Position numbers and translations under genes: made by a program
In this document: positions 51,638 through 61,793 of the stretch, in pieces
How the letters are laid out: each line of letters begins with the position of its first letter
Position numbering within the stretch: the first letter of the stretch is position 1
The notes under the pieces: generated by a model
Databases searched by the model: none
What the model was told of the DNA's origin: nothing
Seen by the model: only the letters and a program-made list of their open reading frames with translations
Assembly (NCBI RefSeq): GCF_052048095.1
Contig: NZ_JBNAKG010000001.1
Location: 193,300 to 257,299, forward strand
Reading direction: 5' to 3'
DNA from: Candidatus Pelagibacter sp.
GTDB lineage: Bacteria > Pseudomonadota > Alphaproteobacteria > Pelagibacterales > Pelagibacteraceae
DNA length: 64,000 nt

Positions 51638-53220
51638 TAAATTTTTGTTAACTCCCATTTAATATTTGTATTTTTTTCACTTATTATTCCAGTAATAAAT
51701 ATATTTTGATTATCGACGTGAGTATTTTTCTTACCGAAATACAATCCATTATCAATATCTATATCATAGTTATTACAATTAAATTTCCAACCCTCATCTG
51801 CTATTTCAATTAAAATAGATTTATTATCTTGAGTTTTCATTACTTTTGAAGAAGGATCGAGGTGAAATCGAATATCAAATTTTAGATTTGGCAAATCTTT
51901 TTTACCAATGATATTTTCCGTTCCTACCAGTTTTGAATTTTCTGGGTAAAATTCTATCTCTCTTTCATAAATTAAATTAAATTTTTTTAAAAACCCATCA
52001 TGAGATGCATTGATTTTCCAATAATTTTTCTCAAAAACTATATTTTTTCTTAATATGTTTAGATGGTTTTTAATTTCAAATAATCTACCGTCCTTTTTAT
52101 TAAATCTACAAGAAGAGGTGTCATCAATAACAAGTGTATTATGCATTGCAGATGATTTGGAAAGTTCATTTAGTTTAGAATTTTGTTTTCTATAATATCC
52201 TGAATTTGTAAAAATTTTTTTACCTTTTGATAAAAATTCAAAAGATAATGCTCCAGCTTGATAATCATTTGAAAAATTTTTATTGGGCGATGATCCCACG
52301 TCCATGAATAAATTTATATTTTTATTGAATAAAGAAACGTAGTCTGAGTATTCATGATTATCATTTTTGAACGAATAACCTAATCTCTTTAGATATTGAT
52401 CGAACTCATTATTATTTGAGATATTGTTACCATTAAATAAAGGATCAAATTTTATATTTTTCCAAAAAAATGTATAAGACTGTCCTAAATAAAATATAAA
52501 TTCTTCTACAAATTCCGGAATAGGTGATTGAGATTCCTTAAGCCATTCTCGAATAAGTATTAAATATTTTAGAAAAAAGATTGCTTGATTGACATTTCTT
52601 GATTTAGGGAAACCAAATTTGTCTATGGAATTATTCAATATTTTTTTGAGAACCTCCAAAGAATTCTCAAAAATTTTATTTGGCTTATTATAGCATAATG
52701 TAAAAAGAATAACTGCGCTAATACCAAGCAATTTATCGTTTGAATTTTTAGGTTCATTAATTTGATTTAATAAATGGATAGATTGTTTTTTTACCGAGGT
52801 ATCAAAGTTATTTTTATAATCAAAGGAGCTGCCTTCATATGTCAGCCTTGTATTAGATAGCCAAGAAATAATTCTTTTCGCTGTTGTGTTAAATTCCCAA
52901 CTATTTGAGTTATATTTATGATTTAAAACAATCCAATTTTTAATAATTTTCTGAACATCCTTGTCAGATGATTTTAAATCTAAACTAAAAATCCAAAAAA
53001 AATTATTCAATTTTTTGATCTGAATTGTATTTAATTGTTTATTTGTCCACACCTCATCCATTGCAAATTCATTTATATTTAGCTTTACTGAATGTATTTT
53101 AACTATTGAAGAAATAAGAAAAGAATTTGGTTTAAATTGGAGTGAACCATAAAGAGGTTTAGAAATTTTCTTATCATATAAAAATGAATTAAGATAAATA
53201 TTCTTTAAACTTGTAAGCAT
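51637..53220 (-). CDS. Heparinase II/III-family protein
   Basis: AKRIISWL, QAGALSFEF, SSAMHNTL, ASHDGF, IRFHL; adjacent to purH as in other alphaproteobacteria. Confidence 0.75.
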   Translation of the reverse strand: MLTSLKNIYLNSFLYDKKISKPLYGSLQFKPNSFLISSIVKIHSVKLNINEFAMDEVWTNKQLNTIQIKKLNNFFWIFSLDLKSSDKDVQKIIKNWIVLNHKYNSNSWEFNTTAKRIISWLSNTRLTYEGSSFDYKNNFDTSVKKQSIHLLNQINEPKNSNDKLLGISAVILFTLCYNKPNKIFENSLEVLKKILNNSIDKFGFPKSRNVNQAIFFLKYLILIREWLKESQSPIPEFVEEFIFYLGQSYTFFWKNIKFDPLFNGNNISNNNEFDQYLKRLGYSFKNDNHEYSDYVSLFNKNINLFMDVGSSPNKNFSNDYQAGALSFEFLSKGKKIFTNSGYYRKQNSKLNELSKSSAMHNTLVIDDTSSCRFNKKDGRLFEIKNHLNILRKNIVFEKNYWKINASHDGFLKKFNLIYEREIEFYPENSKLVGTENIIGKKDLPNLKFDIRFHLDPSSKVMKTQDNKSILIEIADEGWKFNCNNYDIDIDNGLYFGKKNTHVDNQNIFITGIISEKNTNIKWELTKI

Positions 53221-53247
53221 ATAAAATTAAATATGGTTAATAAAAAT

Positions 53248-53907
53248 CTATATTGATTTTAACAAATCAATATTTTTCTTTATATTGCCGTTGTTACTTT
53301 TGAAAATAGTTGTGCCAGAAACTAGAATATCAACCCCAGCTTCTATCGCTGATTTGGAATTTTCAAAATTAATACCACCATCAATTTCTATGTCGAAATT
53401 TAGTTTTCTATCAGTACGTAATTGCTTTAATTTTTTGACTTTTTCTAAAACTTCTGGAATAAATTTTTGTCCACCAAATCCTGGATTAACGCTCATTATT
53501 AGCACTAGATCAACTTGATCTAACGAGTTTTCTATTAATTCTAACTTAGACTCTGGATTAAGAGACACACCAACTTTCTTATTAAATTCTTTTATCTTTT
53601 TAATTGAATCTTGAAGGTTGTCAGTTGCTTCTGGATGAATAGTTATGATGTCGGCACCTGCATTAGCAAAATCCTCTATATATTTATGAACTGGTGATAT
53701 CATTAAATGTACATCAAATAATAATTTGGTATGCTTTCTAAGAGCCTTAATTACTGGTGGACCAATTGTAAGATTTGGAACGTAGTGTCCATCCATAACA
53801 TCTACATGCACCATATCGGCACCACCTTCCTCTAATTTTTTGATTTCATTTCCAAGTTGACTAAAATCTGCTGAGAGAATTGAAGGTGATATTTGTATTT
53901 TTTTCAT
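53248..53907 (-). CDS. rpe: Ribulose-phosphate 3-epimerase
   Basis: SPSILSADF, HVDVMDGHYVPNLT, MSVNPGFGGQKF, IDGGI. Confidence 0.98.
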   Translation of the reverse strand: MKKIQISPSILSADFSQLGNEIKKLEEGGADMVHVDVMDGHYVPNLTIGPPVIKALRKHTKLLFDVHLMISPVHKYIEDFANAGADIITIHPEATDNLQDSIKKIKEFNKKVGVSLNPESKLELIENSLDQVDLVLIMSVNPGFGGQKFIPEVLEKVKKLKQLRTDRKLNFDIEIDGGINFENSKSAIEAGVDILVSGTTIFKSNNGNIKKNIDLLKSI

Positions 53908-53935
53908 TAGTAACGTTTTTAAGTTTTACCAATTT

Positions 53936-54301
53936 TTAAAATTTTATTGAATTAAAAAATTGATAAATCTGTCTAGAAATTTCACTTTCAAGAGGAAATG
54001 ACAACATACCCATTACAGAATAACCAAGTACATAAGGTACTAAATAAAATCTGATCATAAAAAAGAACCAAGCTATATATAAAGGTACTAGAGGTGGGAT
54101 AATAAATGATGGTGTGATGGGTTTAAATAATTTTATGAAAGGGTTAGTTATTTTAACAAATACTTTCATGAAAAAAAATTCTGAATCTTCCTTTTGAAAA
54201 ATATTCATTGCCACTTTACCAATCAAAGTCCACATGATCATACCTAGGGCATAATCAATTATATAAACTAAGGGATGAAAGTTTGCAGATAATCCTGACA
54301 T
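53936..54301 (-). CDS. Hypothetical membrane protein, weakly YGGT-like
   Basis: Hydrophobic, with a TNPFIKLFKPITP segment reminiscent of YGGT; downstream of the symporter. Confidence 0.55.
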   Translation of the reverse strand: MSGLSANFHPLVYIIDYALGMIMWTLIGKVAMNIFQKEDSEFFFMKVFVKITNPFIKLFKPITPSFIIPPLVPLYIAWFFFMIRFYLVPYVLGYSVMGMLSFPLESEISRQIYQFFNSIKF

Positions 54302-54327
54302 GAATAATTTATAAAAGAAAAATGGAC

Positions 54328-54357
54328 AAAAAAAAAGGGGCGAATGAATCGCCCCTT
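54328..54357 (-). terminator. Intrinsic terminator of the symporter operon
   Basis: AAGGGGCGA-ATGAA-TCGCCCCTT stem-loop followed by a U-tract on the minus strand. Confidence 0.88.
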
Positions 54358-54382
54358 AAATTATTTATTGATTTACAAATGT

Positions 54383-56191
54383 TTATTTACCAATAACTGT
54401 TTTACCAGCCGGTACACGACATTCATCAACCATTCTCTGAGTAGCAGCACTTGGTGCTCCAGTCATTAAACTTACAACAACCATAGCTACCAAACTAACT
54501 GTAGATCCGAAGATACCAAATGTTAGCTGTGTAATACCTAAGAATCCAGATCCACCATTACGTACCCAAATTAGATACGCAGCACCAGATACTAGACCAA
54601 GTATCATACCAGCTATAGCACCTTCTCTGTTAGCTCTGCTCCACCATACACCAAGTACAAGTGGCCAGAATAAACCAGACATCGCAAAGTCAAAAGCCCA
54701 GATTACCGAACCTAAAATACCTTGGATCTCCATTGCTGCAATAGTTGCTCCAGCAAAACCAATTACTACAAGCAATACCCTTGCAACAACTAGTCTTTTT
54801 GCAGTTTCCGCTTTTGGATCAATGATTTTGTAATACACATCATGTGAAATAGCGTTTGCAATTGCTAGAATTAAACCATCTGCTGTTGACATGGCAGCTG
54901 CCATACCACCGGCTGCAACTAGACCTGAGATTACATATGGTAATCCAGCTATCTCTGGTGTTGCTAATACAACGGCTTTACCACCCATGAAGAACTCGTT
55001 TAATTCAACAGTTCCATTTCCGTTAAAGTCGCTGATAAACATCAGATTAGCTGAGTTCCAGTTTTGGTACCAATCGATCGCTTGAACCTCAGACACTGAT
55101 TTACCAATAATACCTGTTGGTAGTGATGGATCAATCAATGCTAATTTTGAAAGCGTCGCTAACATTGGAGCAGAAGAGTATAGTAGGAAGATAAAGAATA
55201 CTGACCAACCTACTGATTTTCTAGCTGCTTTTACACTTGGAGTTGTGAAATATCTCATCATCACGTGCGGTAATGAAGCTGTTCCCATCATCATCGCTAA
55301 TGCTAATGAAATAAACTGCCAAGGTGTTGCGTTTACTGCAGAGTGAGCTTTAGTTATTCCAGCAAGTCCTTTTGGAACCTCTTTTAGATTTTCAGCAGAG
55401 TTTTTTACAAAACCAAACTGAGCTTCTAATTCTGCAATTCTGGCTACTTCATCAGCTAACATAAAATGTGGGAAGAAACCCGCACCAATTTTGTTACTGA
55501 TCCAGAATACTGGAAGTAAGTAAGCTACAATTAATACAATGTACTGTGCTACCTGTGTCCAAGTTACTCCTCTCATACCACCTAACATTGAACATAATAA
55601 AATACTTATTAATCCAACGTATACAGCGTATTGAAATGGAATATCAAGTGCAACAGATGCAATTGTTCCAGTAGCATTAATTTGTGCAGTTACATATGTG
55701 AATGAAGCAACAGTTAAAACTATTACCGCACACAATCTTGCAAGATTACCACCGTATCTTGTACCTACGAAATCTGGAACTGTATAACAGCCAAATTTTC
55801 TTAAGTATGGTGCTAATAAAGATGCAACTAACACATAACCACCAGTCCAACCTACAAGTAACGCCATGTAACCGTAACCTTTGAAGTAAATACCACCTGC
55901 CATTGCAACGAATGATGCACCAGACATCCAGTCTGCTGCAGTAGCCATTCCGTTGAATACAGTAGGTACTTGTCTTCCTGCTACGTAATACGCGTCAGCT
56001 TGAGCTGTACGTGATAGCCAACCAATTATTGCATAGATAGCCACTGTAAAAGCAACGAAACAAATTCCGATTGCTTTTGCAGACATTCCAGCTGACTCTG
56101 CAATAGCCATTATGATTATGAAAGCTAAAAATCCACCTGTATAGATTCCATAAACTTTAGGCAAGTTGTCTATAAAATTACCTTTAATCAT
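54383..56191 (-). CDS. Sodium:solute symporter (ActP / VC_2705-like), probable acetate or monocarboxylate permease
   Basis: NGMATAADWMSGASF, GGMRGVTWTQVAQY, GTASLPH..MRY, AAAMSTADGL; about 13 TM segments; near acs. Confidence 0.88.
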   Translation of the reverse strand: MIKGNFIDNLPKVYGIYTGGFLAFIIIMAIAESAGMSAKAIGICFVAFTVAIYAIIGWLSRTAQADAYYVAGRQVPTVFNGMATAADWMSGASFVAMAGGIYFKGYGYMALLVGWTGGYVLVASLLAPYLRKFGCYTVPDFVGTRYGGNLARLCAVIVLTVASFTYVTAQINATGTIASVALDIPFQYAVYVGLISILLCSMLGGMRGVTWTQVAQYIVLIVAYLLPVFWISNKIGAGFFPHFMLADEVARIAELEAQFGFVKNSAENLKEVPKGLAGITKAHSAVNATPWQFISLALAMMMGTASLPHVMMRYFTTPSVKAARKSVGWSVFFIFLLYSSAPMLATLSKLALIDPSLPTGIIGKSVSEVQAIDWYQNWNSANLMFISDFNGNGTVELNEFFMGGKAVVLATPEIAGLPYVISGLVAAGGMAAAMSTADGLILAIANAISHDVYYKIIDPKAETAKRLVVARVLLVVIGFAGATIAAMEIQGILGSVIWAFDFAMSGLFWPLVLGVWWSRANREGAIAGMILGLVSGAAYLIWVRNGGSGFLGITQLTFGIFGSTVSLVAMVVVSLMTGAPSAATQRMVDECRVPAGKTVIGK

Positions 56192-56451
56192 TAGTCGCCT
56201 CCTTTTTCAGAAAAGCCGAACTCTTCATCGATTTTTTCTTGTCTATTTGCAAACCAGAAAATTAGGATTACAAATATTCCAAGAGATCCCTGACAAGTAA
56301 ACCAATATGTCAGTGGATAACCGAACGGTCCTGAGACCGATTCCATTTCAGCTCCAAAAAGGAAGATACCCATAGAGAACACAGCCCAGATTGCTAAAGT
56401 AATAAATAGCAAACCTCTGGTCTTTTCCCAGTGTTGTGCTTGTTTAGACAT
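56191..56451 (-). CDS. DUF4212-family small membrane partner of the symporter
   Basis: HWEKTR, GYPLTYWFTCQGS, EKIDEEFG; coupled to the symporter start. Confidence 0.85.
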   Translation of the reverse strand: MSKQAQHWEKTRGLLFITLAIWAVFSMGIFLFGAEMESVSGPFGYPLTYWFTCQGSLGIFVILIFWFANRQEKIDEEFGFSEKGGD

Positions 56452-56469
56452 TATATCTCTCTCCTTGTT

Positions 56470-56481
56470 TGTTATATAACA
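56470..56481. promoter_or_regulatory. Perfect palindrome TGTTATATAACA, candidate operator
   Basis: 12-bp palindrome immediately 5' of the DUF4212 RBS. Confidence 0.4.
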
Positions 56482-56575
56482 GCGAAAACCTTAACCATTA
56501 TGAAAAAGAATTAAAGTCTAAAAAATGATCAAAATAGGGACATTTTAGTCCAAAACTGTTAAAAATTCTTAATTT

Positions 56576-57199
56576 ATGTCTAAATACAAACTTACATGGC
56601 GTGATTTGAAATTTTCAGATTTCAAAGTTTATTTATTTGGTTTGTTCAAAGCTTTTATTCCAAAAAAGAAATTAAAGGATTTAAACGATCTTGAAGAGTT
56701 TATTCAAACAAAATCTGCCTGGGTCGCACAAGTTACTCTTTATAGTTATTTAAAGACTAGAATGGGCACCAGATATGTTCTTCATTTTGAAAATGATGAA
56801 TTTATGAACTCGGTTAATTTAGCCAAGTGGAATATTTATGCTGTTTCTCTCCAGGATTTAACATTCTATGTTTTTTCTTATTTAAAAATAAAATTTAATT
56901 ACCAAGATTTAGAAAAAGCCAACCAGATCTTTAATAATATTTTAGATGATGAAATCTCCAATGGTATGCCAGAAAATATTATGGAAGAAGCAAAAAAAAA
57001 TTTTGATGAGAGATTAAAAAAGATTAATTGGGATAATCAGATAAACGATTATCCATTTAATACTAGTGCGCTATCTCTTTATCAGTGGGCGCCTATTGCG
57101 GATGAACTCAAAACTCTTGATCGGAAGATTGTTTTAAATTCAATGATCTTAAAGTGGGATATCATTAAGAAAGAGTTTGATGAAAGAATAGAAATTTAA
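56576..57199 (+). CDS. Hypothetical protein
   Basis: 207-aa open frame with normal composition filling the gap between the divergent DUF4212 gene and convergent acs; no family recognised. Confidence 0.7.
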   Translation: MSKYKLTWRDLKFSDFKVYLFGLFKAFIPKKKLKDLNDLEEFIQTKSAWVAQVTLYSYLKTRMGTRYVLHFENDEFMNSVNLAKWNIYAVSLQDLTFYVFSYLKIKFNYQDLEKANQIFNNILDDEISNGMPENIMEEAKKNFDERLKKINWDNQINDYPFNTSALSLYQWAPIADELKTLDRKIVLNSMILKWDIIKKEFDERIEI

Positions 57200-59343
57200 A
57201 TATTTTTTCTATTTTCAACTAAACTATCCACAACAGATGGATCTGCTAGAGTCGTAGTATCGCCTAACTGCTCATGCTCGTTGGCTGCAATCTTTCTTAA
57301 AATTCTTCTCATAATTTTACCAGATCTTGTTTTAGGTAACCCTGGTGAAAAATGAATAATATCTGGAGTTGCTAGAGGTCCTATCTGTTTTCTTACCCAA
57401 AGTTTTAAATCTCTTTCAAGTTCTCCATTTTCCTGTTCGCCTGCATTTAATGTTACATAGCAATACAACCCATTACCCTTAATATCATGAGGATAGCCAA
57501 CAACTGCTGCCTCCGCTACTTTAGGGTGAGCAACGAATGCACTTTCAATTTCAGCAGTACCCAAATTATGTCCTGATACAATAATTACATCGTCTACTCT
57601 TCCTGTTATCCAGTAATAACCGTCTTTATCTCTTCTGCAGCCATCACCAGTAAAATATTTTCCATCAAACTGTGAAAAATAAGTATCTATAAATCTTTGG
57701 TGATCACCATAAACAGTTCTCATCTGACCAGGCCAAGATTGAGATATACATAATCTGCCTTCTCCCGGGCCTTTAATTTCTTTACCATCATTATCTACTA
57801 ATGATGGCTTAATTCCATAAAATGGTTTTGTAGCTGAACCAGGTTTTAAATTTATGGCTCCTGTTTGCGGCGCAATCATAATTCCACCTGTTTCTGTTTG
57901 CCACCAAGTATCAACTATAGGGCTTTTAGAATTTCCAACTGTTTTGAAATACCACATCCAAGCTTCAGGATTAATTGGCTCACCAACTGTTCCTAATAGC
58001 TTTAATGTTTTCCTTGAAGTTTTCTTGACTGGCCCATCACCTTCTCTCATCAAGGCTCTAATTGCTGTAGGCGCAGTATAAAATATATTTACTTTATATT
58101 TATCAATGATTTGCCACCAACGTGAGCTGTCAGGATATGTAGGAATTCCTTCAAACATAATTGTTGTCGCTCCATTCGCTAGAGGTCCATAAATAATATA
58201 ACTATGACCAGTTACCCATCCAATATCAGCTGTACACCAATAAATATCTTTTGGTTTGTAGTTGAATATATATTCATGAGTCATTGAAGCATAAACCATG
58301 TAGCCACCTGTTGTATGAAGAACCCCTTTAGGTTTTCCTGTTGATCCTGATGTATAAAGTATGAACATTGGATCCTCAGCGTTCATCTCTTCAGGTTCAC
58401 AATGAGATGGAACATCTTTGATTAAGTCATGATACCAAACATCTCTGTCGTAATCCCAACTAACAGAGTTACCTGTTCTCTTAACAACAATGCATTTTTT
58501 AACATTTGGACAACTTCTTAAAGCTTCATCTGTGATTTCTTTTAAAGGAATTGTTTTTCCACCCCTTACTCCTTCATCAGCAGTAATGATGTATTCCGAC
58601 TCGCAATCATTCACTCTTCCTGAAATTGAATCTGCAGAAAAACCTCCAAAAATAATTGAATGAATTGCACCTATTCTTGTACACGCTAACATTAAAACTG
58701 CTAGCTCAGGCACCATTGTCAAATATATTGTTACTCTATCACCTTTTTTTATACCTAGTTTTTTTAATCCATTTGCAGCTTTAGAAACTTTTTGGTGTAG
58801 TTGTTTATAAGAAATCTTTTGCGTGTCTTTTGGATCATCACCCACCCAAATAATTGCTGTTTCATCGCCTTTATCTTTTAAATGTCTATCGATGCAGTTT
58901 GCAGAGGCATTTAAAGTTCCGTCCTCAAACCATTTTATTTTAACTTCTGATGTGCTGTATTTTACATCTTTAATTTTTGTATATGGTTTAATCCAATTAA
59001 TCCTTTTTCCTTCTTTAGCCCAAAATTCATTATTATTTTTTATAGAGTCGTTATATTTTTTTGTATATTGAGCTTTATTAGCCAAACTTCTTTTAATCCA
59101 TTCAGATCTTGTTTTGATTACTAACTCTTGATCAGAACTATCTGATTTTTTTGAAATTTTTTTTTTCTTTTTTGATTTTGTTTTTTTCCAAACTTTTTTT
59201 GTAGGTTTTCTTTTTTTTGTTTTTTTTACTTTTTTTCTTTTGGAAACTTTTTTTGATTTTTTAGAAACCTTTTTAGTTGGTTTTCTTTTTTTTATTTTTT
59301 TTGAAGATTTTTTTTTAGATTTTGTTTTTTTCTTTTTTGACAT
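57196..59343 (-). CDS. acs: Acetyl-CoA synthetase with Lys-rich N-terminal extension
   Basis: [52 protein letters not shown] (regulatory Lys). Confidence 0.96.
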   Translation of the reverse strand: MSKKKKTKSKKKSSKKIKKRKPTKKVSKKSKKVSKRKKVKKTKKRKPTKKVWKKTKSKKKKKISKKSDSSDQELVIKTRSEWIKRSLANKAQYTKKYNDSIKNNNEFWAKEGKRINWIKPYTKIKDVKYSTSEVKIKWFEDGTLNASANCIDRHLKDKGDETAIIWVGDDPKDTQKISYKQLHQKVSKAANGLKKLGIKKGDRVTIYLTMVPELAVLMLACTRIGAIHSIIFGGFSADSISGRVNDCESEYIITADEGVRGGKTIPLKEITDEALRSCPNVKKCIVVKRTGNSVSWDYDRDVWYHDLIKDVPSHCEPEEMNAEDPMFILYTSGSTGKPKGVLHTTGGYMVYASMTHEYIFNYKPKDIYWCTADIGWVTGHSYIIYGPLANGATTIMFEGIPTYPDSSRWWQIIDKYKVNIFYTAPTAIRALMREGDGPVKKTSRKTLKLLGTVGEPINPEAWMWYFKTVGNSKSPIVDTWWQTETGGIMIAPQTGAINLKPGSATKPFYGIKPSLVDNDGKEIKGPGEGRLCISQSWPGQMRTVYGDHQRFIDTYFSQFDGKYFTGDGCRRDKDGYYWITGRVDDVIIVSGHNLGTAEIESAFVAHPKVAEAAVVGYPHDIKGNGLYCYVTLNAGEQENGELERDLKLWVRKQIGPLATPDIIHFSPGLPKTRSGKIMRRILRKIAANEHEQLGDTTTLADPSVVDSLVENRKNI
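59191..59292 (-). repeat. Duplicated KKRKPTKKV peptide in the Acs tail
   Basis: Copies at 59266-59292 and 59191-59217 are identical in protein and differ only at synonymous sites. Confidence 0.85.
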
Positions 59344-59345
59344 GG

Positions 59346-59759
59346 CTATGTTTTACTCATTCTTAGAAGAATTTTCCAGCTTTTAGAGTCTATACTCATA
59401 ACCGATAATCTGCTTTGTTTGATTAATGATAATTGGCTTAATTCCTTATTTTTTTTAATTTCTTCAAGCGTCACTGGTTTTTTTAATTTCTCTTTAAATT
59501 TAACAGTAACAGCAACAAACCTTCCAGTTTTATCTGTTTTGTCCAAGTAAGCCTCTTTAATAACTTCAACTATACCAACAATTTCTTTTCCAATGTTAGA
59601 GTGATAAAAAAAACAAAGATCACCTTTTTTCATTGATCTTAAATTATTAGCTGCCTGATAATTTCTTACACCGTCCCAAGGCGCACCCTTAGAACCCGAT
59701 TTTATCTGTTGATCAATTGACCAAACATCAGGTTCTGATTTTAATAACCAATAGTTCAT
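59346..59759 (-). CDS. EVE-domain protein
   Basis: [28 protein letters not shown]. Confidence 0.93.
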   Translation of the reverse strand: MNYWLLKSEPDVWSIDQQIKSGSKGAPWDGVRNYQAANNLRSMKKGDLCFFYHSNIGKEIVGIVEVIKEAYLDKTDKTGRFVAVTVKFKEKLKKPVTLEEIKKNKELSQLSLIKQSRLSVMSIDSKSWKILLRMSKT

Positions 59760-60832
59760 TATATTTTAACTCCAGCACCTTTGAGAAAACTTGCCTTTTC
59801 ATCTAATTGCCATCTTGGTTTTGCTGGAAAGTTTAATTCATCTAATAAACCCAATTTATATTTTTCTAAGCCCGCCAAACCAATCATTGCAGCATTATCA
59901 CCACATAACTCAATTGGTGGAAAAATAGATTTAAAATTTCTTTCATTACAAATTTTTTTGAACATTTCTCTCAAGTTTTTGTTAGCTGCCACACCACCTG
60001 CTATTACAAAAATATTGTTATTTGAGTTGCTAATTTTTTCATATTCATCAAAAGCTATATTTGTTTTCTTATACATAATTTGTTCTATAGTGTTTTGAAA
60101 TGAAGCGGCAATATCAAATTTGTCTTGTTCATTTTTAATTTTTTTTGAAATTTTTAAGATAGCTGTTTTTAATCCTGCAAAAGATAAGTTGCACCCACCT
60201 CTATTAAAAATTGGTTTTGGTAAATCAAATCTTTCTTTATTTCCTTTTTCAGCTAGTTTTTCAATTTGAGGTCCTCCAGGAAACTCAATACCAATTAATT
60301 TTGCAGTTTTATCAAATGCTTCTCCAAGTGCATCATCTATCGTTGTTCCAATTCTTTTATATTTACTGAGCCCTTCAACAACTAGATATTGACTATGCCC
60401 TCCTGAAATCAACAACAATAAATATGGATAATCTAAGTTGGAATTTAATTTTGGACTTAATGCATGACCTTCTAAATGATTTATAGCAATAAAGGGTTTT
60501 TTTATGGAACTTGCAAATGCTTTACCAAAACTTAAACCAACAGACAAACAAACCACTAATCCAGGTCCCGCTGTAGATGCTACAGCATCAATGTCACTAA
60601 TTTTAATTCCGCTATCCTCAATTGCTTTTTTGGTTATCAGATCTATTTTTTCTAAATGAGATCTCGCTGCTAATTCAGGTACTACTCCACCAAACTCTTT
60701 ATGAACATTAGTTTGACTTGAAACAACATTAGATAATGCAACTGGTTGATTTTGATCATTTTCAGTTATAATGGCAGCAGCAGTTTCATCACAACTGGAT
60801 TCGATACCAAGAATTATGGATTTTTTACTCAT
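59759..60832 (-). CDS. tsaD: tRNA N6-threonylcarbamoyladenosine biosynthesis protein TsaD
   Basis: GIESSCDET, GGVVPELAARSH, NHLEGH, DDALGEAFDK, GDNAAMI. Confidence 0.97.
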   Translation of the reverse strand: MSKKSIILGIESSCDETAAAIITENDQNQPVALSNVVSSQTNVHKEFGGVVPELAARSHLEKIDLITKKAIEDSGIKISDIDAVASTAGPGLVVCLSVGLSFGKAFASSIKKPFIAINHLEGHALSPKLNSNLDYPYLLLLISGGHSQYLVVEGLSKYKRIGTTIDDALGEAFDKTAKLIGIEFPGGPQIEKLAEKGNKERFDLPKPIFNRGGCNLSFAGLKTAILKISKKIKNEQDKFDIAASFQNTIEQIMYKKTNIAFDEYEKISNSNNNIFVIAGGVAANKNLREMFKKICNERNFKSIFPPIELCGDNAAMIGLAGLEKYKLGLLDELNFPAKPRWQLDEKASFLKGAGVKI

Positions 60833-60877
60833 ACAAATTATTATTATTAATAGTAAAACTATTACAAAAGTAAAACT

Positions 60878-61792
60878 ATGAAAAAAATAATTATTGGAAG
60901 TAGAGGTAGCAAACTAGCTTTATTGTATGCCCATAAAGCAAAAGAGAGTCTATTAAATAACGCAAGTTTAATTGCTGATGACATCCAAATAAAAGAAATA
61001 GTTACAAAAGGCGATCAAGTACAAGATAAAAGATTATCAGAAGTTGGTGGAAAAGGATTATTTTCTAAAAATATTGAACAAGAATTATTGGATAATAAAA
61101 TTGATATTGCTGTTCATGCTTTAAAAGACATGCCAGCTATAGAAACAGAGGGACTAACAACTAATTGTTTCTTAGAAAGAAATGATCCAAGAGAAGTATT
61201 TATAAGCAGGGAAGGTGCAAAAATTTCAACTATTAAGAAGAATGCAATTATAGGGACATCTTCATTCAGACGAGAGTTTCAAATTAATAAATTAAGAAAA
61301 GATTTAAAATGTAAATTAATTCGAGGAAATGTTGATACCAGATTAAAAAAATTAAACGAGGGACAGTACGATGGAATTATCTTATCGATTGCAGGCTTAA
61401 AATCTTTAAAATTAGAAAATTGTATAACTGAAATTTTTTCAACTAAAGAAATAATTCCAAGTGCTGGACAAGGTATTATCGCTTTACAATCAAGAAAAGA
61501 AGACAAAGAAATAAATTTAATTTTAGAAAAAATTAATAACGAACAGTCAAAACTAAGAGCACTCGCAGAAAGAGGGGTATTAAAAATCTTAGAGGGTGAT
61601 TGTGAAACTGCAGTTGGCGTTCATTCTGAAATTATTGAGGATAAAATAAATTTAGAGGCAGAGCTATTTTCATTAGACGGAAGTCAAAGATTTTATGAAA
61701 AAAGTTCTGATGTTATACAAAATGCTGAAAATTTAGGATTCAATCTTGGTAAAATATTAAAAACAAAATCAAAAAATAGTTATAAAAAATAA
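60878..61792 (+). CDS. hemC: Hydroxymethylbilane synthase
   Basis: GSRGSKLA, GGKGLF, AVHALKD, GTSSFRR, RGNVDTRL. Confidence 0.96.
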   Translation: MKKIIIGSRGSKLALLYAHKAKESLLNNASLIADDIQIKEIVTKGDQVQDKRLSEVGGKGLFSKNIEQELLDNKIDIAVHALKDMPAIETEGLTTNCFLERNDPREVFISREGAKISTIKKNAIIGTSSFRREFQINKLRKDLKCKLIRGNVDTRLKKLNEGQYDGIILSIAGLKSLKLENCITEIFSTKEIIPSAGQGIIALQSRKEDKEINLILEKINNEQSKLRALAERGVLKILEGDCETAVGVHSEIIEDKINLEAELFSLDGSQRFYEKSSDVIQNAENLGFNLGKILKTKSKNSYKK

Positions 61793-61793
61793 T

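Noticed and set aside
51637-53220. Heparinase II/III-like gene as a partner of the sulfotransferases
   Set aside because: It occupies its usual alphaproteobacterial position beside purH, has no signal peptide, and has no physical link to the sulfotransferases.
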